Assembly (NCBI GenBank): GCA_963728205.1
Contig: CAVSIV010000002.1
Coordinates: 256,001-320,000, forward strand
Source: an uncultured Chloroflexia bacterium
Lineage (GTDB): Bacteria; Chloroflexota; Dehalococcoidia; UBA2979
DNA: 64,000 bases
Direction of reading: 5' to 3'
In this document: one piece after another, positions 1 to 13,700 of the stretch
How positions within the stretch are numbered: position 1 is the stretch's first letter
Layout: each line of letters opens with the position of its first letter
Made by a program: the position numbers and the translations under genes
Notes under the pieces: generated by a model
What the model saw: the letters and a program-made list of their open reading frames with translations, nothing else
Told to the model about the DNA's origin: nothing
Database searches by the model: none

Positions 1-492
1 GGCTTCGACGCCGCGCGGAACAGCTACCGCCGCGCGTTCGACGGGGACGAGGTCGATGCGTCGCTGCTGCGGCTGCCCCTGCTCGGGTTCGTCGACGTCG
101 ACGACGCGCGCATGCGCGGCACCTACGAGCGCATCGAGCGCGACCTCGGGCTGGGCCGGGGGCTGGTCCGGCGGTACCCGCAGCACAGCAAGGACGGCGT
201 CTCCGGCGAGGAGTCCGCGTTCGCCGTGTGCTCGTTCTGGCGCGTCGAGTACCTCGCGCGCGCGGGGCGCGTCGAGGAGGCGGAGGCGGCCTTCGAGCAG
301 GTGCTCGGCTTCGCGAACGACCTTGGGTTGTTCGCGGAGGAGATCGACCCGGGGACGGGCGAGGCGCTCGGCAACTTCCCGCTGGGGCTTACCCACGTCG
401 GCGTGGTGAACGCAGCATGCACGATCGCGGAGGCGCGGGCGCAGCGCGACGGCGACCGGAGGCCGGCGACGGTGGACGGAGGTGGCGCATGA
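1..492 (+). CDS. Glycoside hydrolase family 15 (glucoamylase/trehalase-like), 3' part; runs off the window start
   Basis: Frame is open from base 1 (GFDAARNSYRRAFDGDEVDASLL...). The C-terminal motifs ESAFAVCSFW, NDLGLFAEE and LGNFPLGLTHVG are typical of GH15. Confidence 0.85.
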   Translation, partial: GFDAARNSYRRAFDGDEVDASLLRLPLLGFVDVDDARMRGTYERIERDLGLGRGLVRRYPQHSKDGVSGEESAFAVCSFWRVEYLARAGRVEEAEAAFEQVLGFANDLGLFAEEIDPGTGEALGNFPLGLTHVGVVNAACTIAEARAQRDGDRRPATVDGGGA

Positions 493-974
493 ATCGCACC
501 GGGGTGGTGCTCTGGGGGCTCGTCTCGACCATCGTGATGACGACGACGATGGCCGGCAGCCAGGCGCTGCGGCTGACGCGCATGAACGTCCCGTACATGC
601 TCGGGACGATGGTGACGGACGACCGGGACCGCGCCACGATGCTGGGGCTGGTCGTGCACGTGGTGAGCGGGCTCGGGTTCGCCGCGTTCTACGCCGCGGC
701 GTTCGAGAGCTGGCGGCGCGCGACGTGGTGGGCGGGCGCGGCGATCGGCGTGCTGCACGGCGCGGCGATGCTGCTGGTGGGGATGCGCGCGCTGCCGGCG
801 GTGCACCCGCGCATGGTCCGCGAGGACGAGGGGCCGCGCGCGACGCGCCAGCTCGAGCCGCCGGGCTGGCTCGCGCTCAACTACGGCCCGCGCACGCCGG
901 CGACGGTCATGCTCGGCCACGTGCTGTTCGGCGCGATCTTCGGGGCGTGCTACCGGCCGTCGCACCGCCGCTGA
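489..974 (+). CDS. Hypothetical integral membrane protein (about 4 TM)
   Basis: ATG at 489 overlaps the GH15 stop (ATGA). MNRTGVVLWGLVSTIVMTT... has several hydrophobic segments. Confidence 0.75.
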   Translation: MNRTGVVLWGLVSTIVMTTTMAGSQALRLTRMNVPYMLGTMVTDDRDRATMLGLVVHVVSGLGFAAFYAAAFESWRRATWWAGAAIGVLHGAAMLLVGMRALPAVHPRMVREDEGPRATRQLEPPGWLALNYGPRTPATVMLGHVLFGAIFGACYRPSHRR

Positions 975-1155
975 GGCGGGCGGGTGGTGACGGACGGCCG
1001 CGGCTCCGCGAGGACGTCCCCGAGTCGTCTCCGGCGTGCAGCATGTCGATTCGTCATGGGCGCCCACCACAGCGGCGCCGCATCGCACACTGCCTGCGAG
1101 CCCGGGGCGCCGCGAACGAGTCGCGCGCAGCGGGCGTTGTACCGGGGAGGCGTCG

Positions 1156-2520
1156 GTGAACCGGCGCGCGCCGAACGGGATGGAGCGTCGCGTGCGCCAC
1201 CGCTGGATCGTCGTACTTCTTGCCGCGTGCGCGCTGGTGGTCGTACTCGCCGCCTCCGCGGCTTCGGCGGCGACCGAGGCCTTCCCACCCGGCACCTACG
1301 GCTACGACCGCTCGTGGCCGGAGTGCGGCCTCTCCGCTCCGCCGCCGCCCTACGACTTCGGCATCATCGGCGTGAACGGCGGCAAGACGTTCAACTACAA
1401 CTCGTGTCTCCGCGAGGAGTACGCGTGGGCGATGGCCAGCGGCCATCAGCCGGCGCTCTACGTGAACCTCAAGTCGCCGATCGGGACCAGCGCCGACCAG
1501 GGGCTGACCGGCCCGAAGGGCACCTGCCAGCCGAGCGACGGGGCCTGCATCGCCTACAACTTCGGCTACAAGGCCGCGCAGGACGCCGCCATCTACGCGG
1601 CGACGCAGCAGGCGTTCGGGTCGTCGTGGTGGCTCGACGTCGAGACCGAGAACACGTGGTCGACCGACACGGCGATGAACGCGCTGGTGATCGGCGGGGC
1701 GCTCGACTTCCTGCGGACCTCGGGCGTGACGGTCGGGATCTACTCGAGCCAGGTGCAGTGGGTGCAGATCGCCGGCGACTACGCGCCGGGCGTGCCGGTA
1801 TGGGTGACGACCGCGCCCGACGCCGCGTCCGCGCCCGGCTTCTGCCCGCGCTCGTTCGGCGGCGGGCAGACGGCGCTGGTGCAGTTCATCGCCGGCAACC
1901 GTGATCACGACTACGCGTGCACGGCGGCGGACCGCGCGAAGGTCGTGGCGTCGGCGCCGCTGGGGGCGCCCGGGTCGCCGGCCGTGGTGACGACGGACGG
2001 CGGCTGCCTCAACGTGCGCGACACGCCGGGCTTCGTCGGGCGGCGGGTGACGTGCCTGGCGCAGGGGTCGCAGGTCACGGTGCTGGCCGGCGCGCAGACG
2101 CAGGACGGCTACGAGTGGCGACAAATCTCCGCCGGCGGCGCGACGGGGTGGGTCGCGGGCACGTACCTGCGCGCGGGGACGGCGAGCGCGGGCGACACCG
2201 GGACCGTGGGCACCGGGACCGGCGGGACGGACACGACGGGTGCGGGCGCCGGCGGGGGCACGACGGGAGCCGGCAGCACGAGCGGCACGCTGACCCCGCC
2301 GCCGGTGGCGTCCGGGGTGAACGCGGCGGAGTGGGGCGGCGGCACGCTTGCCGATCTCGTCGCGCGGGCGCCGCGGGCGGTCTCGATCTGGGTGTTCGAG
2401 GGCGGGAAGGCCTACGGCGACATCCCCGGTGCGCCGGCGTACGTGAACGCGTCGTTCGTCGCACTGTTCCCGGGCGGGGTGCTGCCGGCGGGAACGATCG
2501 TGCTCGTCGTGCTGCCGTAG
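1156..2520 (+). CDS. Secreted GH25-like/DUF1906-like glycoside hydrolase with an SH3b domain, a Gly/Thr linker and a C-terminal IPGAP domain
   Basis: GGAGG at 1146-1150 precedes an in-frame GTG at 1156 (alternative ATG 1180). Hydrophobic signal peptide. YGYDRSWP, WWLDVE and VGIYS motifs of GH25-like TIM barrels; CLNVRDTPG...GWVAGTYL is SH3b; the protein ends in DIPGAPAYVNASF...VLVVLP. Confidence 0.7.
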   Translation: MNRRAPNGMERRVRHRWIVVLLAACALVVVLAASAASAATEAFPPGTYGYDRSWPECGLSAPPPPYDFGIIGVNGGKTFNYNSCLREEYAWAMASGHQPALYVNLKSPIGTSADQGLTGPKGTCQPSDGACIAYNFGYKAAQDAAIYAATQQAFGSSWWLDVETENTWSTDTAMNALVIGGALDFLRTSGVTVGIYSSQVQWVQIAGDYAPGVPVWVTTAPDAASAPGFCPRSFGGGQTALVQFIAGNRDHDYACTAADRAKVVASAPLGAPGSPAVVTTDGGCLNVRDTPGFVGRRVTCLAQGSQVTVLAGAQTQDGYEWRQISAGGATGWVAGTYLRAGTASAGDTGTVGTGTGGTDTTGAGAGGGTTGAGSTSGTLTPPPVASGVNAAEWGGGTLADLVARAPRAVSIWVFEGGKAYGDIPGAPAYVNASFVALFPGGVLPAGTIVLVVLP

Positions 2521-2723
2521 CGATCAGGCGATCCGCGACTCGGCGGTCTCTTCGGCGCGGCGCATGCTCTTCGCGGGAACTGGGACGCGAGGCGCCGCCC
2601 CTCGCTCCGGGTGGCGGCGTGAACGCGACCCGCGCAGCGCGAACGCCGCGAGCGCCGACCGGCGCTGAACGGCGCTTGTGACTGGCGGAGCAACGACAGA
2701 CGCTGTACACAGATCCGGCGCAT

Positions 2724-2799
2724 GCGGGGGTAGCTCAGCTGGTAGAGCGTCTGCCTTCCAAGCAGAAGGTCGCGGGTTCGAGACCCGTCCCCCGCTCCA
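2724..2799 (+). tRNA. tRNA-Gly(TCC)
   Basis: GCGGGGG/CCCCCGC acceptor stem, anticodon arm TCTGC-CTTCCAA-GCAGA, GGTTCGAG T-loop, encoded CCA; 76 nt. Confidence 0.97.
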
Positions 2800-2905
2800 C
2801 TCTCATCAGCCCGGTTGCGTGAAGTGTCGGTAGCCAGGCGACGGCGCCGTGCCGCACGCGCCGCGCCGCCCGCGCCGCGCCGCTCGTGGTGGGGCGGGCG
2901 TGCGA

Positions 2906-2931
2906 AGGGGGCGGCCGGTCGGCCGCCCCCT
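2906..2931 (-). terminator. Putative terminator hairpin after paralogue A
   Basis: Perfect 11-bp stem AGGGGGCGGCC/GGCCGCCCCCT with a 4-nt loop, about 25 nt past the stop. The U-tract is weak. Confidence 0.6.
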
Positions 2932-2954
2932 CGTTGCGCCTGTCCGGTCAGCGA

Positions 2955-5572
<2,618 letters not shown>

Positions 5573-5827
5573 GGGAGCCTCTGTTCTTGCAGACAAATGC
5601 ACTGCGGCAAAGGGCGATGGATATCTGTTGCTGACGCTAGGCCGAATGTCGAGCGATTCCTGTTGTCGAAGGTCCTCGACGCGGCGGACGAACGTCGCCC
5701 GTCGCCTCCTCCGACGGGTGAACCGTGCTCTGGTTGACGGCGCACGCGAGGTTGCCCGTGGCCGATCCGCCACGGGCCGAGGAGCGGCGCACCGCATCGC
5801 ACGTCCCGGGATGTTGCGGGCACAAGA

Positions 5828-5855
5828 GAGGGGACGGCCGACCGGCCGTCCCCTC
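5828..5855 (-). terminator. Putative terminator hairpin after paralogue B
   Basis: Perfect 12-bp stem GAGGGGACGGCC/GGCCGTCCCCTC with a 4-nt loop; homologous to the 2906-2931 hairpin. Confidence 0.6.
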
Positions 5856-5877
5856 GTCGCACCCGTCCGATCAGCGA

Positions 5878-8437
5878 CTAGCTGAAGGGGCAGGCCGGCA
5901 CGTTCGCCAGTCGCCACGCGCCCTGCGCGTTGCGCTGGAACATCCACTCCTGGTTCATCAGTTGGACGGCACCGCCCGGTGCGTGCACGCCCAGGTGCAC
6001 CTGCACGCTCGCCGACTGGCCGTCCGCGCTGAAGGCGATCGTGCGACCGAGGACGTTGTACCCGGCACCGGCCGGGACGCAGGACGCGAGCTGCAGGCGC
6101 TGCTGATCGCGCGTCTGCAGCTGCGTCTGGTCCTGGGTGCAGGTCGCGTCACCGTCGCACGAGGCGAGGCGCAGGCGGTCGCTGTCGCGCAGTCGCACGG
6201 CATAGACCGTCGCGTCGATGGCTGCCATCACGCCGGCCGTGTCGTTGCCGGCGTCCGGGGCCTCCATGAAACCGAGCGACGGGTTGCCGTAGCCGGCAGC
6301 CACCTGCGCCCACACGACGTCATACGGCTGAATCTGGCTCAGCGTGTTGACGCCGGCGGGACCGCCCGGGATCCACGTCTGCCACGTGCCGCTCGCCGCG
6401 TCGTACTTCGACGCGGAGGTGACGGAGTCACCCAGCTGCAGGAACAGCTCGTGCGGGGCCCATGGCGCGGTTGGCCGTCACGCCGATGGCGTTCAGGCCG
6501 GCACGCAGCGTCTGCTGGCGCAGTCCGCTCGCCGGCGGCACGACGTCCGTCGCCTCGTACTGGATCTGCGCGCCATCGCGCAGCCGCACGATCACGACGT
6601 CACGCGAGCGGAGCTGCGTGAGCGTTTGCACCACGGCCGGGGCGCCGGGGATGTACGACTCGAGCATCTGCGTCTCGGCGTTGAACCGGAACATGGTCTC
6701 GAGCTGGTTCTGGAACTGCGCCGCGAACTGCTGCGGGGTCGTCCCATCCGCACCCGTGAAGGTGAGGTAGTTCAGGCCGCCGCCCAGCACACGCGCCGTT
6801 GCGGGGAGCTCGAACAGCGCGTACAGCGACAGGTGGTTCGTGGTGAACGTCACCGTGCCATCGTCCGCGACGGTCGTCGGAACCTTGACCCAGCCCGCGG
6901 TCTCATCCCAGCGGAGGACCTGAACGCGGTCGAGGTTGCTCGACGCCGGGTCGATCTGCACCGAGATCGCGATGTCCTCATCGAACGAGGTGACCGCGGT
7001 GCCGGAGCTGTCGAGCACCTGGATGTCGTACGTGGTCCCACCGATGGAGAGCAGCCCCTGCACCGGGTGGTGCAGCGGGTGCGCCAGGGCGGTCTCGAGG
7101 TCGACCGAGGTGGTCAGGACGTGGATCGAGCCCTGCGACTTGAGACCTTTGATCGGGATCGAAATCTTGACGTGACCGTCCGCCGACGTTGCGACGAGCG
7201 TCTGCTCGCCGTCGACGAGCGTGGCGTCCGTTGCGGGGTCGAGGGTCGCGTCGATGGTGCTGCCGGCGCCGCCCTGGCCCGGAACCGGGACGGCGACGCC
7301 GCCGCCGGTCGCGGGCGGAGTGGTCCCGCCGGTCGCGGGCGGCGTGGTCCCGCCACCGTCGCTCGGCGGAGGCGTGGTCCCGCCGCCACTTGCGGCCGCG
7401 ACCGTGACGGTCACGTTGCCGATGTCGGTCAGTGCGCCGTCGGAGACGGTGTACGTGAACGACTCTGTGCCGACGAAGCCGGATTTCGGCGTGTAGACGA
7501 TCGACTTCGCGTCGGACGCAATCGTCGCCGTGCCCTGCAGGCTGCCGATGCCGGCCACCGTCAGGGCGTCGCCATCGGCGTCGGTGTCGTTGGCCAGCAC
7601 GGCGAGCGAGTTGCTCGTCGTGTTGGACGTGACGGTGAACGAGTCGTCGACGGCCACCGGCGCGGTGTTGCTCTCGCCGCCGCCGCCGCCGCCGCCGCCA
7701 CCGCCGGACGAGTCGGCCACCACGACGGCGATCGTCGCGGTGTGCGCGGCGAACGTCCCGAGGTCGGTTCCGGTCACCTCGACGGTGGGCACGGTCGCCG
7801 TCAGCGTGTACGTGCCGGCCACGGCGGGCCGCCAGTTGTATCCATAGACGACGCGGCCGGTGGCGTTGAGCTCGGCCGTGAACGCGACCGACTCGGTCGC
7901 CGGGCCCGTGATGTTCAGCGTGACGCCCGCGTCCCAGACGCCCACTTCGCTGAACGGCGTGACGCCGGAGCCGTCGGCGGTGCCGTACGCCGAGTCGCGG
8001 TCTTCGAGCTCCGGCTGGAGCTTGACGACCGTGAAGCCCGTCATGCTGTACGCCGTCGGGTCCGCGAGCAGCGCGAGCTCGACGCGGGCCGGGCTCCCGA
8101 CCTTCAGGGACGCGGAGCCGGCGAGGTTGTCGCCCCAGGCGGCCGTGGCCGTCATCGTGTTGTCCGCCGCGACGTCGCAGTCGGCCTGCCACGTCGCCTC
8201 GCCCTGGACCCAGTAGCCCGGGTACGTGCTCGAAACCTGGGCGGGATCTGGCAGCACGGTGTCGTCAGCGGCCGTGCATGCCATGCTGCCGACGCCGACG
8301 CTCGGCACGAAGATCGTCGGGATCGACAGGTTGTTGGCGACTGTCGTTTCCTGCGCGAGTCCCGTCTGCGGTCCGACTATGGCGGCCGCGAGGATCAGGG
8401 CGCCCGCCGCTGCGTGTCGCCATCTGATTGCACGCAT
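5878..8437 (-). CDS. Paralogue B: signal peptide, uncharacterised 'WGDNL' domain, Ig-like (Big_9/cadherin-like) domain, Pro/Gly linker, HPxHHP + TNHLS domain, IPGAP repeats and Cys-containing C-terminal domain; one frameshift near 6457
   Basis: ATG at 8437 after AAGGTGAGG. NTAPVAVDD...VLANDTDADGD...FTYTVSDG is an Ig-like repeat. One extra C in a C-run near 6457 links ORF 6428-8923 to ORF 5878-6315. Confidence 0.8.
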
Positions 8438-8625
8438 GCAATCCTCACCTTTCTCAGGCATTGCTGATGTGCGGGGCGTTCGAGGCGATCCTGAAGATAG
8501 GCTGAGTGTCGACCGGCCAAGACCGGCCAACGTCGGTCGATGGCGTTGACGAAGGTCGTTCGGCGAGCCGGGCAAGTCATAGTCGTAAACCGGGACTTTG
8601 GCGGGGCCGGACGACCGGACCGACC

Positions 8626-10416
8626 TCACGCCGGCGTGGCGGCCTCCGCAATCGTGCGTCGCCACCGGTCTGCGTCGAAGCGCGGCGACGGGTCGACGGC
8701 GGAGCGTCGCAGCTTCCCCAGCGCGTCGCGGGGGAGCGGCGCGTCGCTGAGGACGACGTCCCCCACGCGCTCGCGCGGCGGCCATGCGCGCATCCGCGCG
8801 GCGACGGCGGTGCGGACGCGTTCGGCGATCTGCCCGGCGTCGCCGGCGCCCGAAGGATCGGCGCGCGGCCCCGGGCGCACCACCGCGACGAGCCTCCATG
8901 GATCGGTCAGCGCGACGACGCACGCCTCGGCGACCTCCGGCAGCGCGGCGAGCGACGCGTCGAGCGCCGCGAGCGGGACCTGCTCGCCGTCCGGCGCGCT
9001 GACCGAGTCGCTCACGCGACCGGTCACCCAGAGCGTGCCGTCGGGCTCGACGCGCCCCAGGTCGCCCGTGTGGAGCCAGCCGTCACGGAGGACGGCGGCG
9101 GTGGTCGCGGCGTCGCCGAGGTAGCCCCGCATCAGGTTGCGCCCCGCGACGAGGATCTCGCCGACGCCGGGCGGCAGGCCGGGGAGCGCGCAGATGCGCA
9201 CGCGCACGCCGTCGAGCGGGGTGCCGACGCTCTGCAGGCGTCGCATCGCCCGGCGCGACCACCACGGTCCGCGCGCCCGCCAGCGGTTCACGGAGACCAC
9301 CGGCCCCGCCTCGGTGAGCCCGTATCCCTGGATGAGTGGAATGCCCCATCCCGCCGCGTCGGCCGACAACGCCGGCGGCAGCGCCGCCGCGCCGCTGACG
9401 GCGTAGCGCACGCGACCCCCGAGCGCGCGCCGCACCTGCGGCGCGATGAGCCTCGCGCCGTTGATGCCGGTGGTGCTCACGAGCCGGCGGTTCAGCGCGA
9501 GGGCCGCCACCAGCGCCGCTCCCCGCGCTCGATTGCGATGGGCGCGTCGTCGCGCCTGGCGAAACACGCTCTCGAACAGGAGCGGCACGCCGAGCACGAC
9601 CGTGGGGCGTGCGGCTCGGAGCCGGGAGGCGACGAAGCGCGGCCGCGGCTCGAGTTCGACGCGCACGCCCGCGCCGATCGCGGCGACGGCAGCGACCGTC
9701 AGCGCGAAGCCGTGGTGCAGGGGGAGCGGCACGAAGACTCGGTCGCCCGGACCGATGCCCGCGGCGGCGGCGATTCCCGCGGCGTCGAAGACGAGCGCGT
9801 CGTGCGTGATCATGACGCCCTTCGGCGGACCGGTCGTGCCGGCCGTGAACAGGACGACCGCGACATCCGTGGGTGCGGGCGCCACGCCCGCCGCCCGTCC
9901 CACGCCCGCGCCGGGCGGCGCGAGGGCGCCGAGCCGCACGCGCGCCAGCGGCAGCGGGCAGCGTGCGAGGAACCGTGCGTCTCCCACCGCGGCCACGGCG
10001 CGCGTTCGCGCGGCGATCTCCTCCACCCGTGAGACGGGCGCGTCGGCATCGACGGGCACGGCGGTGCCGCCCGCGACGCCGATGGCGTAGAGCGCCGCGA
10101 TCCAGCTCGCCGAGGCGCGCCCGCCGAGGAGGATCGACGCGCCGGCGTCGAGGCCGCACAGCGCGGCGGCGCACGCATCGGCGCGGCCGGTGAGCTCGTG
10201 GTAGGTGACGGCCTCCAGCGCGTCGCCGTCCGCGGCGGGGCCGTGCACGGCGATCGCGTCGCCGTAGCGCGCGGCGGCGCGATGGAGCAGCTCGGGCAGC
10301 GTGCGCGGTCGGTCCCGCGTGAACAGATCCGGCGGCGCGGGCGAACGATGCGGCGGCCAGCCAATCACGGCCTCGACCTCGCGCTGGCGCGCGCCGACGG
10401 GTGCGACGGGCGCCAC
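8626..10416 (-). CDS. AMP-dependent synthetase / long-chain acyl-CoA ligase
   Basis: FTAGTTGPPKG, QGYGLTEAGP, WLHTGDLG and GKLRR motifs. Start uncertain (GTG 10416 or GTG 10368). Confidence 0.85.
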   Translation of the reverse strand: MAPVAPVGARQREVEAVIGWPPHRSPAPPDLFTRDRPRTLPELLHRAAARYGDAIAVHGPAADGDALEAVTYHELTGRADACAAALCGLDAGASILLGGRASASWIAALYAIGVAGGTAVPVDADAPVSRVEEIAARTRAVAAVGDARFLARCPLPLARVRLGALAPPGAGVGRAAGVAPAPTDVAVVLFTAGTTGPPKGVMITHDALVFDAAGIAAAAGIGPGDRVFVPLPLHHGFALTVAAVAAIGAGVRVELEPRPRFVASRLRAARPTVVLGVPLLFESVFRQARRRAHRNRARGAALVAALALNRRLVSTTGINGARLIAPQVRRALGGRVRYAVSGAAALPPALSADAAGWGIPLIQGYGLTEAGPVVSVNRWRARGPWWSRRAMRRLQSVGTPLDGVRVRICALPGLPPGVGEILVAGRNLMRGYLGDAATTAAVLRDGWLHTGDLGRVEPDGTLWVTGRVSDSVSAPDGEQVPLAALDASLAALPEVAEACVVALTDPWRLVAVVRPGPRADPSGAGDAGQIAERVRTAVAARMRAWPPRERVGDVVLSDAPLPRDALGKLRRSAVDPSPRFDADRWRRTIAEAATPA

Positions 10417-10732
10417 GCCACGCTACGCGCCTGCGCGACGGACGGACACCGCGCATGGTCCCCTTTCACGCGTCCGAACGTCCCCGGCGCGGGAGACCAT
10501 CCGCGCCGTTGGATTTCGTTGTGGCTCCGTGGGTGCGCGGCGGTACGCAGGCACGCGCCCGGTCGGGCGGGTGACGAAAGGCAATGTGCGAGGGGGCGGT
10601 TCGGGCGACCTTTGCCGAAGGGTTACATGACGTTCGCCGGGATTGCCCAGACCACTCTCAGATTACTTTCATCGAGACGCCCCGATCTGCGCGCCCCGCA
10701 CTCCGCGCCCCGATGAGTAGGCAGGCACCTTC

Positions 10733-13700
10733 ATGGGCCGGTTCAGGTGGCAGTATGGCCTGATCGGCGTCGTCGCCCTCCTGTGCGCGATGCTGATCAC
10801 CCGGGCGTCGGTCGCCGAAGAGACCGAGGGACCGGGCAACAACCTTTCGACGCCGGCGATCTTCGCCGAGGGCATCGGCATCACGGGCATCCCGATTGCA
10901 GGCAGCGCCGTCAACACGGGGCTGCGGAACTGCGTCAACAACGCGACGGGGGACTGGGGCACGCCGCTCACGTCCCTCACGCTCCCGGACGGCAGTCCGT
11001 ACCCGCTCCCCGGCGCGTACTACCTCCAGAACCTGGAGGTCACCGACCCGGGCGGCGGCTGCTGGATGGCCGACTGGGTCGACGGCGCCGCGCTGGCGCC
11101 GGCGAACGTCGACCGCGCCGACTGGGGCGACAACCTCGTCCGCGTCGGCTACACGGACGCGCAGGGACCCGTGCGCGTCGAGGTCACGCTCTACGACGAC
11201 AGCCCGGTCGACGGCAGCGGCGCGGCGCTCACCGGTTACCCGGTGGAGAAGCTGTACCCGCCGGCGACGGAGGAGGGCGGCGGGCAGGGCAACGGCAGCG
11301 GCTCTGCCGTGGCCGCGCAGCAGGGACCGGGGGCCGGCCAGGGCGCGGGGGGCTCCGGCGGCTCGGGCGGCTCGGGTGACGGCGGCGGGGCCGGCAACGG
11401 AAACGGGGCCGGCGGTCCGACCGGAGACACGGGCGGCTCCGGCGGCACCGACGGCAGTGGTGGTAGTGGTGGCTCCGGCGGCACGGGTGGCAACGGTGCC
11501 GGCGGCGGCAACGGCGCGGGCGGTCCCGGGGGTGGTGGCGGCGGCGAGCCGACCACGACCCCGGGCGCAGCGCCTCTCGAGTACTACGGCACCACCGGCG
11601 TGCGCAGCGTGGCCACCACCGGCACCGTCTACTCGAACAACGCGCGCTTCCGCATCGACCGGCTCGACTGGGCCGGCGACGAGGCGGACTCGCCGCGTGG
11701 TCAGATCCCCGACACGCTCGACCCCGCATACGCGGCGCGCGTCGCCGAGACCGTCGTCGACCAGGCGGCGCCCTCCGAGGTCAACCAGAGCGGCCGCATC
11801 GTCTACGGCTACAGCTGGTTCGGCATCTCCGAGCCGGGCTGGTACCGCGTCACGTTCAGCCTCGACGCGGAGCGCGGCGGCGTCGCGCGCAACGCCGACA
11901 TCCTTGGGCTCGACCCGCTCGACCTCGTCGCGGACGAGAGCGAGGGCGGTACGACCGACAGCGGCAAGAAGGCGTACTTCCCGCCGACCCTGGCTCACGG
12001 CCAGGACGGCGTCGGCTACACGTACGTCGACGTCTACATCACGGCGGGCACCACCGACGGCGGCGGCGGCGGTGACGAGGGCGCGGGCAACAACCTCGGG
12101 GTCCCGGTGGTCTTCGCGGAGGGTCTGGGCCTCACCGGCGTGGTGGTCGCGGGCGACCCCGTCAACGCGGGGCTGCGCTCCTGCACCGACAACGCCGTCG
12201 GCGACTGGGGCGCCCCGGTTTCGCAGATTGCGCTTCCCGACGGCAGCGTCTACCCGCTGACGAGCCCGTACTTCCTGAACGGGCTGGAGGTCGCGGACGC
12301 GGGCGGCGCCTGCTGGATGGCCGACTTCGTCGACAACGCCGGCGGACCGCCGGTGCCGGTCGACCGCGCGGACTGGGGCGACAACCTCGTCCGCGTCGCA
12401 CACAGCGACGCGCAGGGCCCGGTCCACGTGGAAGTCACCCTGTACGACGACACGCCGCTCGACGGCGGCGGCGCGGCGCTCACGGGCTACCCGATGGCGA
12501 AGCTCTACCCGCCGACCAGCGAGGAAGAGGACGGCAAGCCCGCGGACCAGGGCGGTGAGCGGCCGTACGAGGTCTACGGCACCGCCGCGGTCGGCGGCGC
12601 CGGCGTGCGCACCGCCGCCACGAGCGCGACGGTCTTCTCCCACAATGCGCAGATCCGCGTCGACCGTCTGACCTGGAACATGGACGAGGCGACCGCTCCG
12701 ACCGGATCGATCCCGGCCACGCTCGCGCCCGGCTACGCGACGTGGGTCGCGCAGACGATCAGCAACGCGCCCGCCGCCGCGGAGACCAACCAGGCGGGGA
12801 AGGTCGTCTACGGCTACAACTGGTTCAGCATGCCGGCCGCGGGCTGGTATCGCGTCACGTTCAGCGTCGACGCCATGCGCGACGGCGTCGCGCGCAACGT
12901 CGACATCCTCGGCCTCGACCCGCCCGACCTCGTCGCGGACGAGAGCGAGGGCGGCAGCACCAGCAGCGGCAAGAAGGCGTACTACCCGCCGACGCTCGCG
13001 CACGCCGCGGACGGCAGCGCATACACGTACGTCGACGTCTACATCGCGGGCGACGGCGCGACCGGCCAGCTGACCGGCAGCGTGACCGACGCCCTGGGTG
13101 TTGCGTTGAGCAGCCTCCAGGTCGAGGTCTACGACCTCGACGGCGCGCAGGTCGCCACGCTCGTGACGGCGGACGACGGCACCTTCTCGGGTGCCCTGAC
13201 GGATGGTTCCTACAAGGTGAAGATCGTCGACCCCAGCGGCACGTTCGCCGACGCCTGGTACGACGGCAAGGCGAGCTTCGCGACGGCCCAGACCGTGACG
13301 GTGCCGAGCGCCACGGGCATCACCGCGCGGATGAATCGCATCGGGTCGAACGACCCGCCGCGCGCGACCGACGACCACTTCACGGTCGCGACCGGGAGCG
13401 TCGACAACGTGCTCGCCGTGCTGGCGAACGACGTCGATCCCGATGGCGACGACCTGGTGATGGCGTCGCTCGCGACCGACACGCTGCAGGGCAGCGCGGC
13501 GATCAGCGCCGACGCGCGAAGCGTGCGCTACTCGCCGCCTGCCGGGCTCACCGGGACCGAGACGTTCGCGTACACGGCGAGCGACGGGCACGGGGGCGAG
13601 TCCACGGCGTCCGTGACGGTCACCGTGACGCAGCTCCCGTCGCTGCCGCCGACGCCGCCGGCGCCGCCGTCGGGCGGCGGTGCGCCCGGCGCGCCGGTCC

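Noticed and set aside
11270-11560. PE_PGRS or collagen-like gene
   Set aside because: Only a Gly-rich insert within paralogue C; no PE domain or sustained Gly-X-Y register.
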